Part shown: piece after piece, positions 1 to 8,267 of the stretch
How the letters are laid out: every line of letters begins with the position of its first letter
Position numbering within the stretch: position 1 is the stretch's first letter
Assembly: GCA_030532305.1 (NCBI GenBank)
Contig: JAUNLJ010000005.1
Location: 8,820-72,819 of the forward strand
Source of the DNA: Tissierellia bacterium
Lineage (GTDB): Bacteria; Bacillota; Clostridia; Tissierellales; Peptoniphilaceae
Length of the DNA: 64,000 bases
Direction of reading: 5' to 3'
Translations under genes and position numbers: made by a program
Notes under the pieces: model-generated
Databases searched by the model: none
Told to the model about the DNA's origin: nothing
What the model saw: the letters and a program-made list of their open reading frames with translations, nothing else

Positions 1-777
1 CCTAAACATATAGGCGTTTACCCCGTCTAGGGTGGCGTCATTTCTAGCAAAGTAGACATACTCAAAGACACAGTTTCTTTCCTGGGCCTCCTCCTTCATA
101 AAGTAAGACTGGACCCCCTCCTGGTCTATAAGGAGGATTTCTCCCGGCTGGACGTCCCTTAAGACCTCTCCCCCCATAATGTCAATGGGGGCATTTTCTG
201 AGGCAATAATATAGCCCTCCTCGTCTTGGCCTAAGACCAGGGGCCGAATCCCATGGTGGTCCCTAAAGGCCACTAGCTGGTCCTTTAGGAGGAGGACCAC
301 GCAATAGGACCCCTTAATAAGGGAGGCAGTCTTTTGGATGGCCTCCACAATATTGCCCTGGTAGTAACGGGTAATTAAGTAAAGGATCACCTCGGCATCG
401 TTGGTGGTCTGAAACATCATCCCTTCTTCTTCTAGCCGGGTCCTTAAAATCTGGCTGTTAATGAGGCTCCCATCATAGGCCAGGGAAATAGATTCCCCCC
501 TGGCAAAGGCCATAAGGGGCTCACAGTTATATTCATGGAAGGCCCCACCGGTGGAATACCTCACATGGCCAATGCCCAAGGAGCCAGCCAGGTCCATGAG
601 TTTTTCCTCACTAAAGACTTCCATAACCAGGCCCTTAGACTTGACCCTTTTAAGTTCTTCTCCATTGGAGACTGTCATCCCGGCGCCCTCTTGACCCCGG
701 TGCTGGAGGGAAGAAAGCCCATAAAAAAGCTTACTGGCCACCCTCTCTTGACCATAGATACCTACTACACCACTCAT
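1..777 (-). CDS. purF: amidophosphoribosyltransferase (PurF-like), first 259 codons; the 3' part lies beyond the window start
   Basis: Hand translation of the minus strand from ATG at 777: MSGVVGIYGQERVASKLFYGLSSLQHRGQEGAGM...GIGHVRYSTGG...AFRDHHGIRPLVLG...NCVFEYVYFARNDATLDG. This is colinear with the PurF Ntn-glutaminase domain and the start of its PRTase domain. GGAAGGAAGG sits 9 nt upstream. It is absent from the ORF track because no stop lies inside the window. Confidence 0.85.
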   Translation of the reverse strand, partial: MSGVVGIYGQERVASKLFYGLSSLQHRGQEGAGMTVSNGEELKRVKSKGLVMEVFSEEKLMDLAGSLGIGHVRYSTGGAFHEYNCEPLMAFARGESISLAYDGSLINSQILRTRLEEEGMMFQTTNDAEVILYLITRYYQGNIVEAIQKTASLIKGSYCVVLLLKDQLVAFRDHHGIRPLVLGQDEEGYIIASENAPIDIMGGEVLRDVQPGEILLIDQEGVQSYFMKEEAQERNCVFEYVYFARNDATLDGVNAYMFR

Positions 778-1063
778 TTTACATAACCTTCCTTCCCACT
801 AAGTTTATCCTTGCCAAGGTTTTTTAAGTAAAAGAAAAAAGATACGCCGATCCGTACCTTTATAGTTTATGCGTATAAAGAGATAAAATCCCCCTTATTT
901 GTCTTGGCTCGTCCTATTTGGTTACTTTTTGCGAGGAGGGTCCTGCCAGTAAAAAAGTGTGCAAGGCTCCCTAGAAAAGTTGGCTTTACTTGGTATTTTT
1001 CTCGTCGACTGGCCATCTTTTGCTATGCCCCTCTCTTCTCAAAAATATAGGCTTATTATACCA
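778..1063 (-). promoter_or_regulatory. purF promoter (extended -10 TGGTATAAT, 1055-1063) plus ~270 nt 5' leader ending in an intrinsic terminator/attenuator (835-861)
   Basis: Minus strand reads TGGTATAAT. The leader ends with AAAGGUACG-GAUCGG-CGUAUCUUUUUU, a stem plus U-run, about 58 nt before the purF ATG. I could not assign the aptamer class. Confidence 0.45.
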
Positions 1064-1237
1064 TAATTTCTGGGGGCTTACAATTTAAGAAAAAAATATT
1101 TTTCCCCCTAAAAAAGAAGACCCCAGAGGCTGGCCCCTGGCCCCTCTTTTTAAGATAGGCTAGTCCAAGGAGGACCCGGGCCCGGCCAAGGGCCCCTGGG
1201 CTTTTTTTTGCTGACGGGGCAAGGCTAAAACAGGCAA

Positions 1238-1270
1238 GAAAAAAAGACGCCTTGCCCAGAGCAAGACGTC
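1238..1270 (-). terminator. intrinsic terminator downstream of tRNA-Pro
   Basis: Stems GACGCCTTGC (1246-1255) and GCAAGACGTC (1261-1270) with one mismatch. The flanking A-run on plus gives a U-run on the minus transcript. Confidence 0.6.
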
Positions 1271-1280
1271 CTTTTTTACT

Positions 1281-1357
1281 TGGTCGAGATGACAGGATTT
1301 GAACCTGCGGCCCCATGTCCCCCAGACATGTACGCTACCGAACTGCGCCACATCTCG
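1281..1357 (-). tRNA. tRNA-Pro (anticodon GGG), CCA encoded
   Basis: Reverse complement folds as CGAGATG TG GCGC AGTTCGGTA GCGT A CATGT CTGGGGG ACATG GGGCC GCAGG TTCAAAT CCTGT CATCTCG A CCA. The cloverleaf was folded by hand. Confidence 0.85.
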
Positions 1358-1501
1358 ACAATCAGTGATATATATTTTACCAAGCCTGTGCATAAAAATC
1401 AAGCCCTTTACAAAAAATTTTAAAATATTTTGCCCTAGGCCCCCTTTTCCCCCTGGGCAAAAAAGCTGCTATAATAGTTTTATCAACTAAGGAGGTCACT
1501 T

Positions 1502-2815
1502 ATGGAAAAAAATCTTAGGGGGTCTTCCCCCTCCCCTGGTCTTTCTTTTCAGGGGACTAAAAAAGAAAATCTAGGTCTGGCCATAGACCTGGGCTCTACC
1601 AGCCTGGCCCTGTCTCTTTGGGACCTGGGCCCAGGGGGAAAAGAGCTGGCCCAGCTTTCTAGGCCCAACCCCCAGCTGGCCCGGGGCCTAGATGTCATTA
1701 GCCGGATCCACTACGCCCACAAGTCTAAGACTAATTTAAAGGACCTCCAGGCCCTGGCCCTAGAGGGGATCAATGGCCTTATCTGGGACCTAGAAAAGGA
1801 CCTGGGCTTTTCCAAGGAGGCCATTAAGGGCCTGGTTCTAGTGGCTAACCCGACCCTCCTCCACCTCCTCCTGGGTCTGGACCCCATTGGCCTGGCCCAG
1901 GCCCCCTATAAGCCCAATTTTTTACAGGCGCCTCCCCTAGAGGCCATGTCCCTGGGCCTGGACCTATCCCCCGGCCTTCTCCTCCTCTCTCCCCCTGCCC
2001 TATCTGCCTATGTGGGGGCCGACCTGGTGGCTGGCCTGGTGGGTCTTTTTCCTGGCCCTCCGGAGGAAAACTTCCTCTATTTGGACCTGGGGACCAATGT
2101 GGAAATCCTCCTCCAGTGGGAGGGCAAGACCTACGCCAGCTCTGCCCCAGCCGGCCCGGCTCTTGAGGCCATGTCCCTGACCTGGGGAATGCGGGCGGGG
2201 GAAGGGGCCTTAATCGGGGCCCACCTGGCCCAGGACCCCATCTTTTTGGAGGTCCTGGGTGGAGGAGCCCTCCAGGGAATTGCCGGGTCCGGTCTTATAA
2301 AGCTGGTGGGTGATTTTTTAGACCTGGGTCTTATAGATGCCACCGGGGCCTTTCAGGAGGGGGCATCCCTTCCTGGCCACCTGGCCCAAAGGCTGGTGGA
2401 CCTAGAAGGCCAAAGGGTCTTTTATCTAGATAGGAAGGTCTACCTGGGCCAAAAGGACCTAAGAGCCTTTCAACTGGCCAAGGGGGCCATTAGCGGTGCC
2501 ATCCGGGTCCTCCTCCAAGAGGCCCAGGTGGGTGGTGGGATCCTGGACCGGATTTATGTGGCCGGAGCCCTGGCCCAAAATTTGGACCCGGCCCTTCTTA
2601 AAAAAGTGGGCCTGGTTCCCCAGGACCTAGGGGCCAGGGACCTGGTTCTTCTTGGCAACGCCGCCTTAAGGGGGGCCCAAAGTCTTCTCCTAGACTGGGG
2701 GGCCCTGGACACCTGGGCCTCCTATTTAGAAAAAATTAGACTTCTAGAACTTTCGGGTAACCAGGCCTTTGAGGCAGCTTTTTTAGAAGAGATGGTCTTT
2801 CCCAGCCCTAAATAA
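1502..2815 (+). CDS. ASKHA-fold ATPase, DUF4445 family (resembles the C-terminal domain of corrinoid reductive activases), no ferredoxin domain
   Basis: Motifs AIDLGSTS, YLDLGTNVEI, GIAGSGLIKLVGDFLDLGLID, LRAFQLAKGAI and YVAGALAQNL match DUF4445 from memory. AAGGAGG RBS and an extended -10 TGCTATAAT at 1467-1475. Confidence 0.6.
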   Translation: MEKNLRGSSPSPGLSFQGTKKENLGLAIDLGSTSLALSLWDLGPGGKELAQLSRPNPQLARGLDVISRIHYAHKSKTNLKDLQALALEGINGLIWDLEKDLGFSKEAIKGLVLVANPTLLHLLLGLDPIGLAQAPYKPNFLQAPPLEAMSLGLDLSPGLLLLSPPALSAYVGADLVAGLVGLFPGPPEENFLYLDLGTNVEILLQWEGKTYASSAPAGPALEAMSLTWGMRAGEGALIGAHLAQDPIFLEVLGGGALQGIAGSGLIKLVGDFLDLGLIDATGAFQEGASLPGHLAQRLVDLEGQRVFYLDRKVYLGQKDLRAFQLAKGAISGAIRVLLQEAQVGGGILDRIYVAGALAQNLDPALLKKVGLVPQDLGARDLVLLGNAALRGAQSLLLDWGALDTWASYLEKIRLLELSGNQAFEAAFLEEMVFPSPK

Positions 2816-3033
2816 GTCGGCCCCCTTGTTTTAAAGGGGGCTAAGAACAGGTATAATTAAACTAAGAGGGCCTAGCCTTCTAGGTCATCTTTCCTTAGCC
2901 AGACCTCTTTTGGGTCAGGGCCCCTCTCTTTACTTCCTTTTTTAAAACTTAATGCAAAGTTTATGCTTCTTTTAAACTCAGCTTAAGTTTCTTAGATAAA
3001 GTAGTACTTAATGACGAATATGAGGAGGATTTT

Positions 3034-4182
3034 ATGAAAATTATTGTTGCAGGTGGAGATGGATTCTGTGGTTGGCCAACAGCCCTATACCTATCTAAGC
3101 AAGGTTTTGATGTTGCCATTATAGACAATCTGGTTCGCCGAGAATATGACGTGGAAATGGACTCAAATTCCCTAACTCCCATTGCCCCCTTGGAAGAAAG
3201 GGTAGCTAAATGGAAGGAAGTCTCTGGTAAAAATATTGACCTCTATATAGGGGATTTGAATGACTATGATTTCTTAAGCCAAGTCTTTGAGGCCTTTAAG
3301 CCTGAAGCCTTTGTCCATTATGCAGAACAAAGATCTGCCCCCTATTCCATGATCGACAGGGAACACGCCATCTATACCCAATCTAACAATGTCCTAGGCA
3401 CCCTCAATGTCCTCTATGCCATGAAGGCCTTTGCCCCAGACTGCCACCTTATTAAACTGGGGACCATGGGTGAATATGGAACTCCTAATATTGATATTGA
3501 AGAAGGCTGGATTGACATTGAGCACAAGGGCCGTAAGGACCGGATGCTCTATCCTAAAAAACCCGGCTCCTTCTACCACCTAACCAAGGTCCATGACTCC
3601 CATAATATTGAATTTGCCTGCCGGTCTTGGGGAATCCGGGCCACGGACCTTAACCAAGGGGTGGTCTATGGGATCAACATTGATGAAAACGACCAGGACC
3701 CCATCCTCTACAACCGTTTTGACTACGATGGCATCTTTGGGACGGTCCTAAACCGTTTTATTGTTCAGGCTGCCAAGGGCCTTCCCCTCTCTGTCTATGG
3801 CAAGGGAGGCCAAACCCGCGGTTTTATAAATATTGAAGATACCGTCCGCTGTATCGAAATTGCCGCCTTAAATCCTGCCGAGAGAGGAGAATTTAGGGTC
3901 TTTAACCAAATGACCCAATACTTCTCTGTCCAAGACCTGGCAGAAAAGGTCAAGAAGGTGGCAGAAGAAGAAGGTCTTGAGGTCACCATAAGCCATGTGG
4001 AAAATCCCCGGGTGGAACAAGAAGAGCACTACTTCCACGCCGTGTCTACCCGTCTAGAAGACCTGGGCCTAAAACCCCACCAGCTCACTGATGATGTCAT
4101 CCGAAGGGTCCTCAAGCTGGCCATGGATAACATTGACCGCCTAAAAGAAGATAAGGTTATGAACTCACCCTCCTGGAAGTAG
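3034..4182 (+). CDS. sqdB: UDP-sulfoquinovose synthase (SQD1/SqdB)
   Basis: Near-colinear with plant SQD1 as I recall it: GGDGFCGWPTALYLSK, IDNLVRR, SLTPIAP, EQRSAPYSMID, LGTMGEYGTPNIDIEEG, FYHLTKVHDSHNI, WGIRATDLNQGVVYG, YGKGGQTRGF, GEFRVFNQ. Confidence 0.9.
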   Translation: MKIIVAGGDGFCGWPTALYLSKQGFDVAIIDNLVRREYDVEMDSNSLTPIAPLEERVAKWKEVSGKNIDLYIGDLNDYDFLSQVFEAFKPEAFVHYAEQRSAPYSMIDREHAIYTQSNNVLGTLNVLYAMKAFAPDCHLIKLGTMGEYGTPNIDIEEGWIDIEHKGRKDRMLYPKKPGSFYHLTKVHDSHNIEFACRSWGIRATDLNQGVVYGINIDENDQDPILYNRFDYDGIFGTVLNRFIVQAAKGLPLSVYGKGGQTRGFINIEDTVRCIEIAALNPAERGEFRVFNQMTQYFSVQDLAEKVKKVAEEEGLEVTISHVENPRVEQEEHYFHAVSTRLEDLGLKPHQLTDDVIRRVLKLAMDNIDRLKEDKVMNSPSWK

Positions 4183-4188
4183 ACTAAG

Positions 4189-5334
4189 ATGAGAATTGCT
4201 CTAATAACGGAAACCTTCCTCCCCTCCACCGATGGTGTGGTGGTTCGCCTCACCAAGGCCCTGGACTATCTCCTGTCCCAGGGCCATGAGGTCCTGATTA
4301 TCGCCCCAGAAATAGAAGGCATGGCCCGCCACTATAAGGGGGCTAAAATCCAGGGGGCCAAGTCTGTGGTCTTTCCCTTTTACAAGGAGAGGCCCTGGGC
4401 CCTCCCCACCTCCAAGGTCAAGGACTGGCTCTTGGACTTTAAACCGGATATTGTCCACGCCGTCAACCCCATCACCCTGGCTGCCTCCGGGGCCTATTAT
4501 GCCGACAAGCTAAATATTCCCCTGATTTGCAGCTTCCATACCAATATCCCCAACTACCTGACCCACTACCACCTGGAGTTTTTGGAAAACATGACCTGGT
4601 CCTTTTTAAGGAAGGTCCATAACAAGGCCCCCCTTAACCTGGTTACCTCCCAGGCCATGTATGACCTTTTAGATGCCAATGGCATCCAGGGCTTAAGGGT
4701 CCTACCCAAGGGAGTGGACCTGGACCAAAGGGACCCCCGTTTTTATTCAGAAGAAAGACGGACCCTGATGACCCAGGGCCAGCCTGAAAAAACAGCCCTC
4801 CTCTTTGTGGGCCGGCTGGCGCCTGAAAAGGAAATCCACCGGCTCTACCCCCTTATGGCCAAGCGAGATGACCTGAGCCTAACCCTTGTGGGGGATGGCC
4901 CTGAAAGGGAAAAGCTAGAAGAGCTCTTCCAGGGGACCCGGACCCAGTTTACAGGCTTTGTCCACGGCCAGGCCCTATCTGAACTCTATGCCAGTGCCGA
5001 TGCCTTTATTTTCCCTTCGGCCTCAGAAACCCTAGGTCTAGTCATTACCGAGGCCATGGCCTCCGGGACCCCGGTGATTGCTGCCAATAGCCAGCCCACC
5101 CGGGAGCAGATTAAGGACCGGGAAAATGGATTGATCTTTGACCAAGAGGACCTCCGCTCCCTTGAAAGGGCCATCGATGCCCTAAAAGACCCCCTTTTAA
5201 AGGAAGGGATCCTAGAAAAGGGCTATGCCTATGCCCAGCCCTTCTCCTGGGACCAGGCCTCCAAGGCCATCCTAGAGGCCTATGAGGATACCCTGGCCCT
5301 CTATGACCACAAGAAGGCCCTAGAGGTATCCTAG
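4189..5334 (+). CDS. sqdX: GT4 glycosyltransferase, SqdX/SQD2-like sulfoquinovosyl-diacylglycerol synthase
   Basis: N-terminus MRIALITETFLPSTDGVVVRL resembles cyanobacterial SqdX. It has a GT4 C-terminal EGLGLV-type motif (ETLGLVITEAMASGTPVIA). It starts 6 nt after the sqdB stop. Confidence 0.7.
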   Translation: MRIALITETFLPSTDGVVVRLTKALDYLLSQGHEVLIIAPEIEGMARHYKGAKIQGAKSVVFPFYKERPWALPTSKVKDWLLDFKPDIVHAVNPITLAASGAYYADKLNIPLICSFHTNIPNYLTHYHLEFLENMTWSFLRKVHNKAPLNLVTSQAMYDLLDANGIQGLRVLPKGVDLDQRDPRFYSEERRTLMTQGQPEKTALLFVGRLAPEKEIHRLYPLMAKRDDLSLTLVGDGPEREKLEELFQGTRTQFTGFVHGQALSELYASADAFIFPSASETLGLVITEAMASGTPVIAANSQPTREQIKDRENGLIFDQEDLRSLERAIDALKDPLLKEGILEKGYAYAQPFSWDQASKAILEAYEDTLALYDHKKALEVS

Positions 5335-5420
5335 GCTAAGGCCCAAATGATAGACCTACCCCCCTAAGCCTCTTTTGCTTATGGGGGTTTTCTTATAAAG
5401 TACAAGTCAAGGAGTTTATT

Positions 5421-6287
5421 ATGCAAGTAAAAAAAGCCATTATCCCTGCTGCCGGCCTTGGCACCCGATTTCTACCGGTGACCAAGTCCCTTCCCAAGGA
5501 AATGCTCCCCCTTATTGACAAGCCCATCCTCCAATTTATTATCGAAGAAATTGTAGGCTCTGGTATCCAGGAGATTCTTATTGTGACCACCCGGGACAAG
5601 GCCTCCATTGAAAACCACTTTGACCGGAATATTGAGCTAGAGGTCTTTCTTAAAGAGAGGGGCAAGCTAGAGGCCCTAGAAGAGGTCCAGGCCATTGCCA
5701 AGCTGGCCAAGATTTATTTTCTCCGCCAGGACGCCCCCAAGGGCCTGGGTCATGCCGTGTCCATCTGTAAGGACTTTATTGGCCAGGACCCCTTTGCCCT
5801 CCTCCTAGGAGACGAGGTCTTTTTCTCAGAAAAACCCGCCCTAAAACAGCTCCTAGAAGTCCATGAAGAGACTGGAGGCTCTGTCCTTTGCGTGGGCCAG
5901 GTCCCCCAAAACCAGGTCTCTCGCTATGGGATTGTAGACTATAAGAAGACCCCACCAGGTGCCCGGCCCCAGGTCCAAGCCCTGGTGGAAAAGCCCAGCC
6001 CCCAAGAGGCCCCCTCCAACTCGGCCATCTTTGGCCGCTATATTCTTAGCCCCCGGGTCTTCCACTACCTGGAAGAAATTAAGCCCGGCCGAGGCGGCGA
6101 GTACCAGCTCACCGATGCCCTGGACCTCCTCCTAAAGGAAGAACCCATCTATACAGCCCAAATAGAGGGCCAACGTTTTGACGTGGGGTCCCAAATGGGC
6201 TACCTGACTGCCAGCCTCCAGCTGGCCCTAGACAATCCCGCCTACCGGGAAGAGGTCCTGGATTTTTTAAGGCCTCATCTCAAATAA
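5421..6287 (+). CDS. galU: UTP--glucose-1-phosphate uridylyltransferase
   Basis: KAIIPAAGLGTRFLPVTKSLPKEMLPLIDKPILQFIIEE and VEKP motifs. AAGGAG RBS. Confidence 0.9.
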   Translation: MQVKKAIIPAAGLGTRFLPVTKSLPKEMLPLIDKPILQFIIEEIVGSGIQEILIVTTRDKASIENHFDRNIELEVFLKERGKLEALEEVQAIAKLAKIYFLRQDAPKGLGHAVSICKDFIGQDPFALLLGDEVFFSEKPALKQLLEVHEETGGSVLCVGQVPQNQVSRYGIVDYKKTPPGARPQVQALVEKPSPQEAPSNSAIFGRYILSPRVFHYLEEIKPGRGGEYQLTDALDLLLKEEPIYTAQIEGQRFDVGSQMGYLTASLQLALDNPAYREEVLDFLRPHLK

Positions 6288-6290
6288 AAA

Positions 6291-6346
6291 AGATCAAGCC
6301 CCAGGGCTTGACCTTTCAGGAGCCTAGACTAGCTAGGCTCTTTTTT
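6291..6346. terminator. back-to-back terminators between convergent galU and the hydrogenase gene
   Basis: Hairpin CAAGCC-CCAG-GGCTTG (6295-6310) has a preceding A-run and serves the minus strand. Hairpin AGCCTAG-ACTAG-CTAGGCT (6321-6339) is followed by CTTTTTT and serves the plus strand. Confidence 0.6.
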
Positions 6347-7907
6347 ATGCCTCTTCACTTGCTTCTTCTTCATCCTCTTCTCCCAAGTCTAGGGTCCTGG
6401 ACCGGAGCTTGTCATTTTTAATCAGGGCATTATCAAAGGGTAGGCCAAAGTCTGCTTGACCCATGTACTTGTTAATCTCCTTTTTAACCCGGGTGGTGGA
6501 GGCAATGGTCCCCATACCTGACCGGCAACCCCCAGGACAAGCCATCCCCTCTAGGAGGTACCCATCCTTTAGGCCCGCCTTGGCCATCTGTAAAAGCTTC
6601 ATACACTCTTGGAGGGTACTGGCCCCTTCCACCTTAATGGTCCGGCTGGGGTCTAGGGCTTCTGCCGCCTGCTTGACTGCTGCGGCTACCCCCCCTGCAC
6701 TGGCATAGCCCCTGGCAGAGGCAGAAGACTCTTGGATGTCCCCTTCTACTTCAATTTCAGAAGGCTCTATGTCCTTGGCCACAAACATGGCCATAAGCTC
6801 TTCAAAGGTAATGACAAAGTCCACATAGTCTCTTACCTTAGACTCAATGGCCTCGGCTTTTTTAGAGGTACAAGGACCTATAAAACAAACCACGGCCTCG
6901 GGGTCATCGGCCTTAATATGTTCTGCTGTGTACCGCATGGGAGACCCTGTATCGGACACATTGCCATTAAACTCAGGATAAAAATAGTCAATCAGAAGGG
7001 ACCAAGAATAGCAGCAGGAGGTCCCCATAAAGGCCCTCTTTTCGGGCACTTCTTCTAAGTATTCCTTGGCCTCATGAAGGGTGGTATAGTCTGCCCCTAG
7101 ACCTACTTCAATCATATCTTGGAAGCCCAGCTGCTTGATGGCCTCCTTAATTTGGGCAGGCCGGGTTAGGGCCCCAAACTGGCCAATATAGGCCGGGGCA
7201 ATAATGGCATAGACCCTTTTTTTAGACTTAATGGCCCGGACAAGCTGGTAGATTTGAGACTTGTCTCCAATGGCCCCAAAGGGACACTCGGTGACGCAGC
7301 GACCACAGGCCACGCACTTGTCATGGTCGATTTCGGCCCGGCCATATTGGTCACTGCCTATGGCCCCCACCCCACAAACGGCAGCACAGGGCCGGTCTGT
7401 GTCTATAATGGAATGGTAGGGACAGGTCTTTAGGCAGCGCCCACACTTAATACACTTGTCCTGGTCGATAACGGCCCCATTTTCCCCCATGGATACGGCG
7501 TTTACCGGGCAGACATTGGTACAGGGGTGGGCCATACAGGACCGGCAATTGTCCGTCACCTTAAAGTGCCGGGTGGGACAGGACTCACAGGCGAATTTTA
7601 TAACATCCAAGACGGGCAAGTCAAAGATATTTTCATCAATGTTGGCCTCGTCAAAACCGTCTATAACGGGTTTGTACTCGTTAAATTCCCTAACGGATAG
7701 GCCCAGGGCTAGCCGGATCATCTCTTCGGCAATGGCCCTTTCCCTAAAAATCTTGGCTGGATCCAGGCCCTGGTGGCCTGGGTAGAGACGGTAAGCGGCT
7801 GTTTCTAATTCTTCTATAGGTGTATCAGAATAAGCTACCCGAGCCACTTCTGCATAGACCCTTCTTCTTAAATTGACAACATCTACATAGGATTCCTTCA
7901 AAGACAT
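6345..7907 (-). CDS. [FeFe] hydrogenase, non-prototypical (group-B-like) with two 4Fe-4S dicluster domains
   Basis: Four CxxCxxCxxxCP ferredoxin motifs. H-cluster motifs are L1 TSCCYSW, L2 GPCTSKKAEA and L3 EGMACPGGCRSG. Confidence 0.8.
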   Translation of the reverse strand: MSLKESYVDVVNLRRRVYAEVARVAYSDTPIEELETAAYRLYPGHQGLDPAKIFRERAIAEEMIRLALGLSVREFNEYKPVIDGFDEANIDENIFDLPVLDVIKFACESCPTRHFKVTDNCRSCMAHPCTNVCPVNAVSMGENGAVIDQDKCIKCGRCLKTCPYHSIIDTDRPCAAVCGVGAIGSDQYGRAEIDHDKCVACGRCVTECPFGAIGDKSQIYQLVRAIKSKKRVYAIIAPAYIGQFGALTRPAQIKEAIKQLGFQDMIEVGLGADYTTLHEAKEYLEEVPEKRAFMGTSCCYSWSLLIDYFYPEFNGNVSDTGSPMRYTAEHIKADDPEAVVCFIGPCTSKKAEAIESKVRDYVDFVITFEELMAMFVAKDIEPSEIEVEGDIQESSASARGYASAGGVAAAVKQAAEALDPSRTIKVEGASTLQECMKLLQMAKAGLKDGYLLEGMACPGGCRSGMGTIASTTRVKKEINKYMGQADFGLPFDNALIKNDKLRSRTLDLGEEDEEEASEEA

Positions 7908-7948
7908 GCCCCCTATCTATTTTTACAACTTGGCTTTAGGCTAACATT

Positions 7949-8209
7949 TTAATGGATCTTGTTGGCCTTTCTTAGGACCAGCTCGGTCACTTCTTGAGCA
8001 GAAGCCTGGGTGACCACTTCTCCATTTACAATAACAACAGGGGTTACATCTGCATCTTCTTGCCGGCAGAAACTCAAACAGTTGACAGGTTCAATTTCTA
8101 AAAGATCATCTTCATCAAAATAAACTTTTTTTATGTTTTCTAGGGCATCTAAAATCCCGTTAGACCCCATCATGGTGCACCGGGTCCCTACACAAACCTT
8201 AACTTTCAT
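7949..8209 (-). CDS. thioredoxin-like [2Fe-2S] ferredoxin domain protein
   Basis: 86 aa with Cys6, Cys11, Cys44 and Cys48 (Cx4C...Cx3C spacing). It lies directly upstream of the hydrogenase. Confidence 0.6.
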   Translation of the reverse strand: MKVKVCVGTRCTMMGSNGILDALENIKKVYFDEDDLLEIEPVNCLSFCRQEDADVTPVVIVNGEVVTQASAQEVTELVLRKANKIH

Positions 8210-8267
8210 TTTTAATCCCCTTTCTTGTTTCTACTCCTATTATAACGGATTGATAAAAAAATATCAT

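Noticed and set aside
535-786. 83-aa plus-strand ORF at the left edge
   Set aside because: It lies antisense to the clearly PurF-like minus-strand frame. It has no RBS and a junk-like composition.
778-1063. Assigning the purF leader to the PRPP/ykkC-2, ZTP or purine riboswitch class
   Set aside because: Only short partial matches (CUAGGGAGCC, ACUGGCAGG) are present. The conserved cores (GGUCCGAGAG / ACGG..GGGA..AAAGCCCGGGAGA, CCGCCUGGGC, UAUAAU...CCGUAAA) are absent by eye. It is left unclassified.
1056-1490. Three track ORFs (1056-1316, 1160-1402, 1299-1490) around the tRNA-Pro locus
   Set aside because: They overlap the tRNA-Pro gene and its terminator hairpins. They have no RBS and low-complexity or basic sequences typical of GC-rich non-coding hairpin DNA.
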